DNA of 64,000 nt from Octopus bimaculoides. Its lineage: Eukaryota. The number at the start of each line of letters is the position of its first letter. Position 1 is the first letter of the stretch. The stretch is taken from positions 82,416,924-82,480,923 of the forward strand of contig NC_068985.1 of NCBI RefSeq assembly GCF_001194135.2. The letters are read 5' to 3'. Made by a program: the position numbers and the translations under genes. Positions 39,096 to 52,925 of this stretch are shown here, in pieces. Under the pieces are notes generated by a model. The model was not told the origin of the DNA and did no database searches. It saw nothing but the letters and a program-made list of their open reading frames with translations.

Positions 39096-40423
39096 TCTTG
39101 TCACAGGACTGGTTATCACCTCCTGAAATGTAGATCAAGATTTTGAACCTTATAGGTGGTAACTGTTTTTGCAGCAATAAAGGCATCATATATTCTCTGC
39201 TGATGAAATACCACTGCTTCCATAGCTTCTGAAGGCACACGACAGAAGTAGCTTTGGCATTGGCTGTTGTAATGCTGTTGTCACCAAGATAGTTCCATCC
39301 TTGTTGCTGCTAGTCTTTAAGAAGTGCAGTCATCAAAGAATCCATAATTGAGTAAGACTGTTAACATTGAATTTAATGAACAAGTATAACTAAATATGCA
39401 TAAATATGAATGTGCATGTGTATATGTCTATGTATTTGTATGTACCTGAGTATGTACATGTATAAATATATGTGTATGAATATTTTCTGGTTCACTTTTA
39501 AAACTTATAACAAAATAGTATCAATAGCCAAAGTTTGAATTGAAAACATATTTATGTAAATATAAAAAAATGGTATTACATGATAATTCAAATTTTTCTA
39601 TTTCTTTCTAAGTTAGTAATTTTAAGTTTTAGTTGAAATATTTCATCAACGCAGAAGTGAACTCTAAAGATTACTTCTACTTAGACACATATGAGTCAAA
39701 ACTTTTTCTGAAGAAAAGGAAATTAATTTTATTGCATATTAAGAATTTATGACTATAATTCAAAGAACTTAAAATTTTTGACAATCAAAAATCTTGAAAA
39801 ATATTGCTTTTTTTTCTCTTTAGAATGGTTTTATTTTCTTTTAATTCATTCTCTAGTGTATTTAAATGCTAATTAAAATTAGAATTTTCCTTTTTACCTT
39901 GGAGAATATTTATTGTAAAGTTTAGGTATTAAAAGAAGTACAGGTTATGTATAAATTTTAAATTTAATATTGTAGTAAAACTTAAAAGAATGATTTTTAG
40001 ATAAAGAAAGGGAAACTTCTTTTAATTAAATAAGAGAACATTATAAAATGTTGCATTTAGTTCCCCTGTTTTAAGTCAGTGATTCAGAAATTAAATGGCT
40101 GGAGCTCATCTTGATAAGCTTCATTACTCAGCACCCTAAAGCAATGTTTGGTTTTCCATATTAAGATTCTTTTAAAAATGTATATTTGTAATTGTTCATA
40201 TATTCACTTTCATGTTGATTTTATTTCCCTATAATTTTTTAAAGTCTATTTTATGTATGTATTTAATATAGACCTGAAAGTGAAGTTGATTTAAATAATG
40301 ACTTAAAAAATTAGCTTACTTTTAGCTTATTTACACATTTTAAACCAACTTTTATATAAAAATATAAATATATATATGTGGTGTGTGTGTGATATATACA
40401 TGTGTGTGTATATTATACATATA

Positions 40424-40455
<32 letters not shown>

Positions 40456-40867
40456 CATATATTCATACACTTTCACGCATACACTAATATGCACACATAT
40501 AGATATTTTATTGGCCTTTTAAATTGATTGTTGTGAGATAATTGAGATGATCAAAAGCTCTCTTAATGCCTCTGAGGGCAATGTTATAATTGCGCTCTTT
40601 ATCAAACAGGAAGATCAATCTAGATGTACCTAATAAGTGAGATGTATTGTGTAAGTTTATTGAGGAACTTCCTGTTTCAAACATTTTAATTGCATTAATA
40701 TCTTAATACTGACCTTGCACATTTACCTAAGTGAATATACTTAGCTTTCAATTAATATGCAAAAGTGTGTATGCATGAATATATGCATGTGAATGCATAC
40801 TTATTTGTGTATTATATACTGTGTATTATTTACCATTTTTTAAGTAAATTTGTTTGATTTTTTTTAG

Positions 40868-40989
40868 CTTCCCTTTCCACTCATTGGTACTTTAAATGGT
40901 GTTCAAATGTTTGCTGCATCAAGAGATATGGAACTGCAGTCAACTACTACAGAAAATTCTAAAGTGTTTTGGAAAGTATTTCAAAACAG
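40868..40989 (+). CDS. fuz: Internal coding exon (phase 0 to phase 2, 122 nt) of protein fuzzy homolog, a CPLANE complex / planar cell polarity effector; partial gene
   Basis: Acceptor ttgatttttttag| at 40867 and consensus donor CAG|GTAAGT at 40990. The open frame LPFPLIGTLNGVQMFAASRDMELQSTTTENSKVFWKVFQN(S) aligns with human FUZ LPFSVIGSLNGVHMFGQNLEVQLSSARTENTTVVWKSFHDS (recalled sequence). Length and phase fit my recollection of FUZ exon 2. Exons 1 and 3 were not found in the window. Confidence 0.9.
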
Positions 40990-43900
40990 GTAAGTACCTG
41001 TTCAATTTATTTTGTTTGCATTATACATTTATTCACCTGTTCAGTTGGTTATTTTAATTTACTTTTTCAATTGATTGTTTTGTTTCAATTGTCTTTTCAC
41101 TTGGGCTGTTGTTTTTTTAAAGTACTCTGGAATTTTTCTTTTACCTTTGCTAATTGTGATCTTAGGTAACATACGGCTTATAAATTAATGATTTGAATCA
41201 CTCCACTGAATTTATGAAGGCTTTCAATATAGTACTCATAACTAGAACATATCAGAAATATTTTCATATATGGGCATAGATTATTTGATAGAAAACCAGA
41301 TTAATCACTTTGTAAAAGAATTGGTGAAAATTGTAATGAATTAGAAATCTAAGAGGAATCAAGGAGCAATAAATTTGAAACTAAAATTGTTCAGGTTTGA
41401 TGATTAAAAATTGGGAATATTTGTTTGTTTTCATGTTTAATTTCTTTCATTGTAAATATTAGTTGGACTAAATGCATTTCTGTCTTTGATATGCCATTAG
41501 TAATGATTAAATGTTAGAATTCAAGATTTAGAAATATAAATTTGCATTGATTAATTGCTACCAGTTGTTAATCCTTGTTTATGTTGATGTACATGCTTAA
41601 CCAAAAAACAAAATGTATAAACAAGGTGTACATTTAAAATATTCAGATTAGTTACATTTTTTTTACTGTGAACATGTGTTTTTGAATTATCTGAAAATTC
41701 TTTGCATTTATGAATTAATATGATAGAAAATTAGGATTTAATATACAATAAATATGGTAGAAAGTATAGAATGCTTATCTCTTTAAAAGAATGTATTGGA
41801 ATATTTTAGCCATTAATGTACTGAGAAAATTATATATGCAAATTTTAACAATGAACAAAATAAAAATGTATTCTTAAAGTTTCTAAGATAATTAACATGA
41901 AATGAACTCAGTTTTTTCTTATTAATACAATTTGCAAAAAGGAATGTTATTACATGCAATTGATTTTATTTACTGTTACTTAAGGAATTTGTATTAAGTC
42001 CATGTTTGGCAATTGAATATGAATTTTAAGAATGAATATTTTAATTGGAAGGTGAAAGTTATTTATGCTATACAATAGCGATGATTAGTAGACAGTGGGA
42101 TAGTCTATATTCACAGATTTTGTTAAATCTTCAAAAGAGTTATGAAAGTCTTTATTCTTTCAACGTTTTCTTTGTGAACATTTATAACAGTAACGGGATT
42201 GATAATTTACTAAGCATCTGAATCTCAAAATTTAAGTTGAAATTTCATAGAATACATTTTAAAATGAAAGCATAATACTATTTTTGTTTAAAGTTTAATT
42301 AATGCTCTGAATAAAAATGATTAACAAACAATACACTTGACATTAAGAGATAAAATATAAAACGTAATTCTCAACCGCATAGTTTCAATATGCAAATAGT
42401 TAAAAATCATTTAGCACATAGAAAAGCCTATCTCACTACAGACCAAAAATAACTTATATTCTTTATGAAATATATATTCATGTATATAGTTTAAATTCAT
42501 CAGCACCATAGCTCTAATCATTCAAGGATTTAGTCAATTACTTATGGCAAGAAGATTCAATGCATGAGTATTTTTCTTATTCAATCATTTATTCCAATAT
42601 TGTATTTACACTTAGTTTTATCAGTAATTGAACAATGAAGAGCTAATTCAACTAAAGTGTAATTTATATTTATCAAATCATTTGTAAAGGATTCTAGAGA
42701 ATCTGGCATTGTATTGTACTAACTAATTGTACTGATCTAAAATAGCATTTTGAAAAAGTGAAATTATTTGTCATAGTTTTGGTAAACCAACATGATATGC
42801 CTTCAAATTTTGTTTCATATGAATAAAAAAAAATGACACTGTAATATATTTATCAAAATTTAAAATCATTTTCTTAGCATAGTGTACATTTACAAATATT
42901 TTAGCATAGTGTATATTTATAAATATAGGTCCACATGTATTATTTTGATTGTCTTTTATCTTGAAAACAAGGAAACTTTAGAGCATTGAATATCATACTC
43001 ATGCCATCATTTTAAACCTTGAGCTTTTGTTTGGAGTTTATTTCAATAAATACCTCTTAAATGAAAGTAAAATTTGATTGTAAATTAAAGATGTATAAGT
43101 CATCATTATGCAATGTTTTAAGGAAAATATCTTTTAGAGGATATTTGTTTAAGCAAAAAATATTTGTTTCCATTTTGCACTTTGAAATAATGAAAGTGTT
43201 TATATATATAATTATCAAGTACTATTAACTAAAGTCACTAGTTTATTTAATAGCTAAAACAAATTCTTTTTGAAAATTTTTAATGTTTGGATTATTGATT
43301 ACCACTTTGGAAATTATTAGTGAGGACAAGCATCCAGATTTGAGTTCAAATTTAACTAGATTTGATTTTTCTTCTGATTCTTCTATTAGAAATTTACTGA
43401 TTATCATTAATTTATTGGGTTATTGGGTGCAAACAGTTTCATGTGGACTAAATAGTGTCTAATTATCTACTTAACTTTTCTGAATAACATTATATCTATA
43501 TTCTTTCCCCTTTCTTCTGTAATTCATAAATAAAAAAAAAACCTTCAATTCACTGGAATTCAGTTGTCAATAAGGAAACCAATATAGTGGAAATATATCA
43601 TGTAAATTAATCTAGGACTTCTTGTAACTGGTTTCTGCTGTTAGTTATATATGTCCATAGGAGTTTCCTTAACACTTTCAGGTATGGACAACTTTTTTAC
43701 ATTCATCAAATAGTTAAAATATTATTGAGAAAATAGATTTAGACAACTTTTTTCTCACATTAATTCCTTAACTATTACTTTGTTTTCAGTTTCATATATT
43801 TTTATCACAAAAGAAGTTTGAATGCATCTCATAACAGATTTAAATAAATGGTTTCTCATGCATATTCACAAACAAGAAAAAGTTCAGTTATCTTTCTTGA

Positions 43901-46819
43901 AATAAAAACATAGGTTTTCTGCATGACTATATTGTGTGTTATCTGTCGTAATTGATTCAAATTATAATTCATTCATAATTAGTTGGAAAAGTTTCAAATG
44001 GTTGTGAGTCTATATTATACATTACATGAGGATTTAGTTTAGTGTGAAGTTGGCTCTTTTATGAATTAATGATATATTCAAATTTCTTAAAACATGCTTA
44101 CATGTTAAAAATAAATTTCTATTAATTTTTATTTATTCATTAGCAGTGATATTATCCTAATAAAATAGAGTAGACTTTTGTATTCATATGAAAGAATTTG
44201 AAAACCTTTATCCTTACTCAACAAAAATATTTGAATAGATGGTTTTTAAAAGTACAATTTTCTGTTGTTTCTCACCTAATGTTTTATATCTCACCCACTC
44301 TTAATTTCAAGTCATTTTAAAATATACATTTAATAATTTCTTCTGAAAATTTCATAGTTGCTAACAAGTAACACTTATTAATGATTAACTCTGAGAAATT
44401 AATTTCAGATTTATTCAAAAATTTATGAGACTTTTTAAATATTAAAAATTTTGCTTTATGAAAATTAGCTCTTCTTTTAGCATGTATTTTCCATCTATTT
44501 TTCAAATTGCCCTGTCTGTTACAGCATTTTACTATATACTATTCAAGTGTGTGTGTGTGTGTGTGTGCCCAACCATGTGAACTTGCATGTATTTGTGTTT
44601 TCTGTTTTCTAAACACATCACATTTGTACCTCTATGCTGGTAATAGTCAAATTCACACAAAAGCATAGAACTGCTTTTATAGAATACATTTCTAAATGTT
44701 ATGAAATAGAATTTACACTTTTTTTTTTTTACCTCAGCGTAGTGAGAGAATTTTCATTGTGTATTTTTCCTAAGTCTATACTTTAGGAATATTATGTAAA
44801 ACTATGTGACATATGCCCTAAACTCTCTATGTGCAGAAAAGCTAAAACACAACCTTCATGAATTCAAAGAGTAACAGCTTATAGATGAAATAATTATTTA
44901 TATAGATTATTGGTGTGAGTAAAAATATAGATTATGTCTAGAGTGTAGATAACCTTGCTTTCTGCAGTGGCATTGTCATTAAATACTCTCATTTTATTTA
45001 TATTCTAAGATGATGATTATAGTTTGTATCTTGGAAATTGTGAAAAACCAAATAATGGACAAACACTTTTTACATTTTACACCAACGTTGATTTGCCTTT
45101 GCATTATATCAGATATGTGAAAAAAATTCAGATCTCTAAGAATAATATCAATCTCTTGAAATAAATGAAATAAACAAATAAGCTTATTATTGTTGTTTCC
45201 TCACATAAAAATTAGTTATGCAACATATTTCTTTCCTTTCCTCTTCAGCCCCCATGCACATAAAAAAAACCTTCAACATTATGTTTGGTTACTTTATGAA
45301 AGGTTTAGAAATTAAAAAAGGAAAAATCAAACTTTTTAATGCAGCTATACATTTATTGTCCTTATTTGAAGGATGGTCTATAACCTTTGTGTAATATTGC
45401 TTTAGTAAATAATCACTCTTAAACATATCTATTTTCTTAATTGGAAAACTCATATTAACTGAAATTCTCTACTATTTATTCTGTCACACTGTATTTCTAT
45501 ATTTTTTATCTGCTCTTATTATTTCTCCATGTCTCTGAACTCTGTGTACAAACATGCATACTCATATCTCCACACACACACATGCACAGATACGCCTTCA
45601 AGTATAGTAAATGGATATTTTAGTTCATATATTTTTCACATATCTGATATAATGCAAAGGCAAATCAACGTTGGTGTAAAATGTAAAAAGTGTTTGTCCA
45701 TTATTTGGTTTTTCACAATTTCCAAGATACAAACTATAATCATCATCTTAGTATCAGATGAATCATGGGAAGCTTATATATGCATCTGAATCTTCAGTTA
45801 CCTTACATAAAGATATATTACCAGATACTATGCACTCCTACTGTAAAAAATGTTGTAACTAATACATTAGCAAACACACTATGTAGTTGTTTAATGATAA
45901 TGCTGTTAAACTAATCTAATCCATTGCTTTTTATTCAGTCTGGTGAAGTTATAGGTTAATTCAGTTATTGGGAAATTGTAATAAAAAAAGTGTAAAATGG
46001 TTTTACTTTCTTACTTGATTTCCTCCATTCTTGGAGAAAATGTGACTACAAAGCTGCAATAAGAAATGAAGGAAATAAAGTTTAAATTTCTAAACAACTT
46101 AGCCAGAAGTTTGTTAATATGATAAAAAAATTGTTTTATACTGTAAACGTTCAATAAATTGATATATATTTATCAAGTAAAGGTTCTTTTTATTTGATTC
46201 TCCTTCATTTTTCTGTAAACTGATCTTGACATTTTGAGCTATTTATTGCAGTCAGATTGCTGCCTTAAGAACAAAAAAAAATTTTTAATGCTTACTAAAA
46301 TATGTAATTTTATGAACTTAGCTGTTTTTCTGTTTGCTTGTAGAGAAACTTGTAATTATTTATTATGGTTATTTTATATTGTTTTAATTTATTTGCAAGC
46401 ATCACTATATCATCATAACCTCTTAAGGGTCATTAGCTTTTGCATTTATTTCTCGATTAAAGAATTTATTCATCTTCACACTGCACTGAACTCTGTAAAG
46501 ATGTTCAGTATGAAAATGAAAAAATGCAAGAACATTCAATATAAAATATTTGTGTAAGTATTAAACATTTTCAGTTTTTAGATATGCTTGACAACAAGGT
46601 TTTCAAATTTTATATGCTATGAAGCACAAAAATAATTGCAGGATATGAATAAATAAATATAATTTGATGTTTGTATTATAGTTTCTTGGTCATAATATAC
46701 TCCAATAATATGATAGATAATATCATGTGTTGAATTTTCCTATTGGATTATAATATTTGATGTTTCCCTCCTTCTGAGGAGGGAATAAGACAGTTAAAAT
46801 ATTATAATTCAATCCTCCA

Positions 46820-46985
46820 CCCTTAGATAGTTATCTGAGGGCAGTGGATTGACAGAATCAGAGCAGCAGACAAAATACCATATGGATTCACTTATGCCTT
46901 CATATTTTCGGAGTTCAAATCTCATCAAAGTTGATCCGTCATTTTTCCTGAGTTGATTTAGTTAATTGCTGGGTCGATTTTATTG
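46820..46985 (+). mobile_element. Decayed SINE of the 2672 family
   Basis: gagggcagtggattgacagaatc...ggagttcaaatc...aagttga...gggtcgattt, a degraded head and core. Confidence 0.5.
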
Positions 46986-49900
46986 AGTATACTTTCTCAT
47001 AAAATTTGAAGTTTTATACAGCTCTATATTTCTAGATTCTCATGGTTTCAATCTAGAGCTGTCATTCATAATAGATTGAAAGTCAGAACCTCAATTGAAT
47101 TAAACAATAAATGAATGTTTGCCAGATCAAAACCTAGCTTTGAGTGTGAATGATTATTCATCAGGCACATTTGCTGAAGCACATTTTGTTATATATGTAA
47201 TAACCTCTTATAATATTCCTATTCCTTAACATACAAGTTGAAGAGTCTGCAAACTAACAGGAAAAACATCTTGGAAACACATTGATGAAAATTATTCAAA
47301 TACCTAAAAAATGTTCAATATGGAACTATTATAGGTGACACGAAACATTTTAATGTTTTATTGTTGCATCTGACAAGATGTAAAGCAAATTTTAATAACA
47401 TTCCGAATTGTTATTAGAAATTGGAATTAGCAAAAGTGAATAAATTACTTAGCATATTTCTAATGATGGCAGAGTGCTAGCATAGTAAAGAATGAGTAAA
47501 AGTTTAAGGATTACTACTTTTTATTAACAAATAATTTTCTGTTATTTATAGAAAACTTAATTGTATATGTGGCAAATAAATGTTCATGAGTACTGGTAAA
47601 TTGTAACAATTGAACTTTGAAGATTTGGATTCTTAATATAAATATGTTATTCAAATTAAATGACAGAAATTTGAGAAACTGAATATGCAATATTTTGATA
47701 GCAATGATTAATAAATTCACATGAAAACAAAATGAATGATTCTAAAGCATAAAGTATTAAATTACCAAGAATAACTTTGGACAAGAAAGGTAAATGGATA
47801 CTATGGAAAGTTAAGTAAAATGACGATGTGGAAAAAATGAATAACTATATAATATGTAAAAAATAAGAAGAAAAATTACTTTTGTGTTAACTTATGTATG
47901 CTAGCATGGAAAAGGTCAAATTAAGATTATAAAAATATTAAATTGCAATATAACAAAACATTTGAAACTGTGTTAATTGAAGTCTGCTATACATCCTTGT
48001 AGATATAGTGATGAATAGAAAGATTATCCTAACAACACAGTAGCAACACATTTATGATTTTATTAGCCATGTAAAAGCAATTTGTTCAGGTTGTATTATC
48101 CTGAATTTTATATCACTAAAATGTCTTGCCAAGCTTTATTCAATTTTCTCCTTTTTATGGAAATATGCCAATGTTTCTAAATGGCAAAAATGAGAGCTAC
48201 TTTTATCACACTTCACTATAACATCTTCAAGATTATTGAAATATTAAGTAATTTTTATTCCACTGAGTAATCAAGACACTCATCTGCAGTTACTGATGTT
48301 ACTTCTTTTGTTCTAACAATAACTTAATATGTATATGTAGCATCATAGTAAAATCAAAGCCCTTGCATTTCACATAAGCTTTTGATACATTCTGGCAACA
48401 ATATTTTCTCAACAAGCTGCCTTCGTTTGATCTGCTTGGCTGTTATCCAACCCAGTGTTTCTATTGTGTTCTTAGCTATTGAAAGAATTATCTCAAAACT
48501 TCATCTCTCAACATTGATACTAATACATTTTCTGATGTTCATCTTGCCTATTAAAAGAGAAAAAAAATCATGTATTGAATATCTCTTGCTGATATTGACA
48601 CATTGATAATTTCTACTCTGGTCATCCGATTGTCTATAAATTTATTTCAAGAATCTGATTTTGTTGAATAGAATTCAATTTATATATTTTTTATTCAACA
48701 GCAAGAATATTTCTCGAAATTCTATTGGTTGGTCAAAGATAACAATTAAAAACAAATCTTTAATGTAAAACACTCAGAAGAGCTGCCCATTTTAAAATCC
48801 TTAAACTTTTGATATACTTGCTTTCAATGCAGTGGAATTTTAATGTTGGTTATGTTTTGTAAGAAAATTGGTTGTACTGTATAATTTTATAGAATGAGAT
48901 AATTTTTTTTCTCTATCTGGCAGTTTTCTTTTATCAATGAATAATCTTTTTCTGACAATTTATTTACCCTTCATTAATCACTCTCAGAAAATTTACATTT
49001 GTTATCTTTTTGTAAATTTGTTTCTTAGGCAGAATAATTTAAATGGTTCTGTACATTTGGATATTTCTTAACTAGAAAAAGAAAATGAAGAGCAAAAACA
49101 GAATCTTGCTTCAAAATATAATTTATAGTTTGACTATGTATGAAATTTTCAAAGAATTTTGAAATCTTTGTCCCTGACGCGAATACAATATAAATTCCAC
49201 AATATTATTTTTTTAAATTCAAAAATTATTTATAAACACTTTAAAAAGGAGAATTTGTTTTAATTTATTTAAAATAATTTTACATGTGAATGGATATTTT
49301 ATTACTAACATAATCTTGTGTGGTAATTTCTAAAATTTCATGTATTTAACTGGAAATATTTTTATAAAACTATTTTAAGATGAATCATGCATTTGCTTTC
49401 CCATTTTGTTATGTAAGAAGTAAAATATCTTTGAGTGACAGCTTAAACTTTGCTTGAACCACTGTGTTCTGTTCAAGGATGTCTTGATTTTACTGGTTAA
49501 ATGAAAAAAAACTTTACTACTCAGTAATGTTTAAGTGATTTGCAATAAGAATACCATCTGACCAAGTGATGCACAATAAATAATTTTGCAAGTAGGTATT
49601 TGCAATATCTACTTTTCAAGTACATATTGCTTTGCCAAAGACTTTTAGGGATTAGGTTAAAAATTATATTTATCATACAGAAAAAAAAAAATCTTCATAG
49701 TTGTTTAATTGAGGAGAGCTCTGTACTTCCATTCTAATGACAATTTTTAAAAAGCAGACAATATACAGACAAGTGTTCACAATATATATGAATAAAGATC
49801 TAGAAAAGTTTTTACAATAGTTACTGAACACTTGAACCTTAATCTTTAACACCTAACATTGAAATTACTCCTTTCTAGGAAACTACTTTAACCCTGAACA

Positions 49901-50390
49901 GTTGCTAATTTTGTGCAAGACTCCATACTTAACCTACTCTCAGCCAGTCTTTTACTAATCTATGAAAATTTAAAGTAGAAAGAACCATTGTGTGCTGGGA
50001 GATAAAACTGATTGGGTTTGTTATTGCTGTTTTTTTCTGGTTTCTATGTTGTTTACTCTGATTATTTTATAAGTAAATTTTTGAAAATAAATGACTAAAC
50101 CAGTGTTAAAATTTAAATCATATTTGTAACTCTGTCTTTCCTATTGTTTACATGAATTTTATTTGAATGCAATACGTCAAATATAACTGATACCATGCAA
50201 TATTTCAAATACTGATTTCATGAACTACTCACACTGCTGCAGCAGTGCATGAGCAGCATATTTTGTAAATTATTCCTTATGCGAGATGAATTAGATTTTT
50301 ACTTGTTGTTGTGTTGATGCCCCCAGATGATGAAGTAGACTAGCCCAATACGTAGATATAGAGGGAGAAGTCTAGACGTTGTAGTAGTTG

Positions 50391-50467
50391 AGTAGAGATC
50401 ATCCGAATGTGCGCTATTAAGTAGAAGTCATCCGAATGTGTGCTGTTGGGTAGAGGTCTTCTGAATC
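50391..50467. repeat. 29-nt tandem repeat, about 2.6 copies
   Basis: AGTAGAGATCATCCGAATGTGCGCTATTA / AGTAGAAGTCATCCGAATGTGTGCTGTTG / GGTAGAGGTCTTCTGAATC. Confidence 0.85.
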
Positions 50468-51919
50468 TTTAAATTTTTATCAAAGAAACATATTCTGGAG
50501 TGTTCAAAATTTTATAGCATGATATTTATGCTTATAGGTACTGGACGATGAGAACTGATACATTCAGAATTCAAAACAGGTTAATTTTCATGGAAATGTA
50601 TTAAAAGTAGGTCAAGTTTACACTAAAAGGAATAGGCTATTGAAATTATCTTTACTAAATCAAGACAAATAGTTTGTGTTATTCCACTTGTCTTAACACT
50701 CTATGTGAAGCAAGTTAAATTTTCCACATAATTCGAAGAAATTTAAGCTAAATCATCCTCATAGGTTTTGATAATTTAATTAAATTAAGAAACCAGAATG
50801 TAAATTTAAACAATGATGAAATATATTGTGTAAATTTCATTCAGATAAGCAACTCCCAAACTACCTATCTACATTTAATTTATCAATTGCATTCAGTAAT
50901 TAAAATGGCACATTGTTTTTTTTCCCCCCTTAATTTGACTTTCTGAATTAAAACTTGATATTAATGTAAATAGAGAATAGGATTTGATAGATATAAAATT
51001 AAATCCTGTTTCACTGATACATGTAAGTTACGAGATGAAAGCACTTATTTGGATGCTATCTGACATTTAATAGCTGAATAAAAGAATTGGGAGTTTCATA
51101 GTTTATAATTCTTGTATTGACAGTGCAAGTGATTGAAATTTACAGAAGATATCTGAAATTGGATAAATTGTGTACATAAATTTACAAGTTAGAGCATGTA
51201 TATTCTCATACACACATATATTGTCAACATTCCTTGTGATTGTAATCAGTGTTTCTTTTGCTTTAGTATTCCACTTTGATACCAATATTCATTCACATAC
51301 ATTAGTGATATATTGTTTTACAATGGTCTTGGCTATACTGATATCAATCTTCATTCATGTACAATACTTGTATATTGGATTACAAATTCTCTTGACTATT
51401 GATATTTATATCAAACTTTTGAAAAAAAAATATTTTCAAAGCATTTATATTTTCATGTTTTCACTTATAGAATATTTAATCTAATTTTGCATGTTAGAAC
51501 ACTTGCATATTTAACTCCAAGTGTGTCTATATATCCTGCACTGTGACACTTAAAATATGTTTGTGCATATGTACTTACACACACTTTCTTTCTATATTGC
51601 TTTCTTCCTTATTCTGTCTATCTTTCTCTATTTTATTAATTATTAAAATTAAAAATTAAACACATATCAGTGGTAAATAAGTAGTTCTCCTTTCATTGAT
51701 GGTGTAGTTCCAGAAGGTAAAGCAAACCTCAGAAGCATTGAATTTCAAAATATAAAAGGGCCTCAATAGTTATTGCATAATCTTAATGCAATTCTATACC
51801 AATTCTTTCAAACTCTGGCATTTGATATATCGTAAAATTGTTACAATGATCAATGCATGGAGATACAGAAAACAAAGTTGATCCTGGCAAAATTTCTGCT
51901 CTGAATAATGGAGGAAAGT

Positions 51920-52925
51920 GAATCTATCCTTTCATCTACTCCACCTGGAAGGGTCATGAAGGTAGTCTTCAGTCACCTTCTCAATAGAGGTCTATGAAAA
52001 GCAACCATCAATACACTTTCTGAGACTATGAAAGTTTTCCAACCATCTTGTTCTTGATCTACCTGTCTGTCTCCTGCAGTTTGCTTGGTTTCAAGAATCT
52101 GTCTTGTGATTCTTTCCTGTGACATTATAATCATGTCTATTGTACACAATCTGTGACCTCTCATTGTTGAGAAGTGCTTTGACCTGGACAGGTACCCTGA
52201 TATCAAAAGCTATACCCCTGCTGAGCAATGTTTCTTCAGAGATCCTCGAGAGGAACCCCATTTTGGCTGTGTGTATTTGCAATTAGTTGTCGTTGGCACT
52301 CCGTCACTTACGATGTCGAGGGTTCCAGTTGATCCGATCAACGGAACAGCCTGCTCATGAAATTAACGTGCAAGTGGCTGAGCACTCCACAGACACGTGT
52401 ACCCTTAACGTAATTCTTGGAGATATTGAGCATGACACAGTGTGGCAAGGCTGGCCCTTTGAAATACAGGCACAACAGAAACAGTAAGTAAGAGTGAGAG
52501 AAAGTTGTGGCGAAAGAGTACAGCAGGGTTCGCCACCATCCCCTGCCAGAGCCTCGTGGAGCTTTAGGTGTGTTCGCTCAATAAACACTCACAACGCCCA
52601 GTCTGGGAATCGAAACTGCGATCCTATGACCGCGAGTCCACTGCCCTAACCACTGGGCCATTGCGCCTCTACATTTACAATTAGACTCAGCCATTATTCA
52701 ACATTCATGATCATAGATGAGGATAGGCATGAAAACCAATTTAAAGTTAGTGAGTTTGACTCTTTTGTCAACCTCTCTTCTGCTGAGGATCAAATGCTGC
52801 AGCTGGCATATTACTGTACCAGTACCTGCAATTCTAACCTCTTTTTCAGCCTCCTGCTTCCCATCACTTATTAATAGTCTTGAGATACTCAAAAGTAAAT
52901 GGATTTCACAATTTGATCCAACAAT
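51920..52925 (-). mobile_element. RTE-clade LINE 3' fragment interrupted by a SINE
   Basis: ORF 52698-52892: LISDGKQEAEKEVRIAGTGTVICQLQ...KLVFMPILIYDHEC (FTSDG...RIxxA..LTYGHEC-like). After the SINE it continues as AKMGFLSRISEETLLSR...ERSQ and then RQILETKQT-GDRQV. Confidence 0.82.
52287..52672 (-). mobile_element. Young, full-length tRNA-derived SINE (386 bp) with a 12-bp target-site duplication
   Basis: Minus-strand head GTAGAGGCGCAATGGCCCAGTGGTTAGGGCAGTGGACTCGCGGTCATAGGATCGCAGTTTCGATTCCCAG contains A-box and B-box motifs, with many CpGs retained. Flanks are ATTTGCAATTAG (52275-52286) and ATTTACAATTAG (52673-52684). Confidence 0.9.

Noticed and set aside
50538-50579. 42-nt AG...GT mini-exon candidate (YWTMRTDTFRIQN), ending TTCAAAACAG like the fuz exon
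   Set aside because: Weak donor (GTTAAT) and no similarity to Fuzzy exon 3. The shared 10-mer is probably coincidental in AT-rich DNA.
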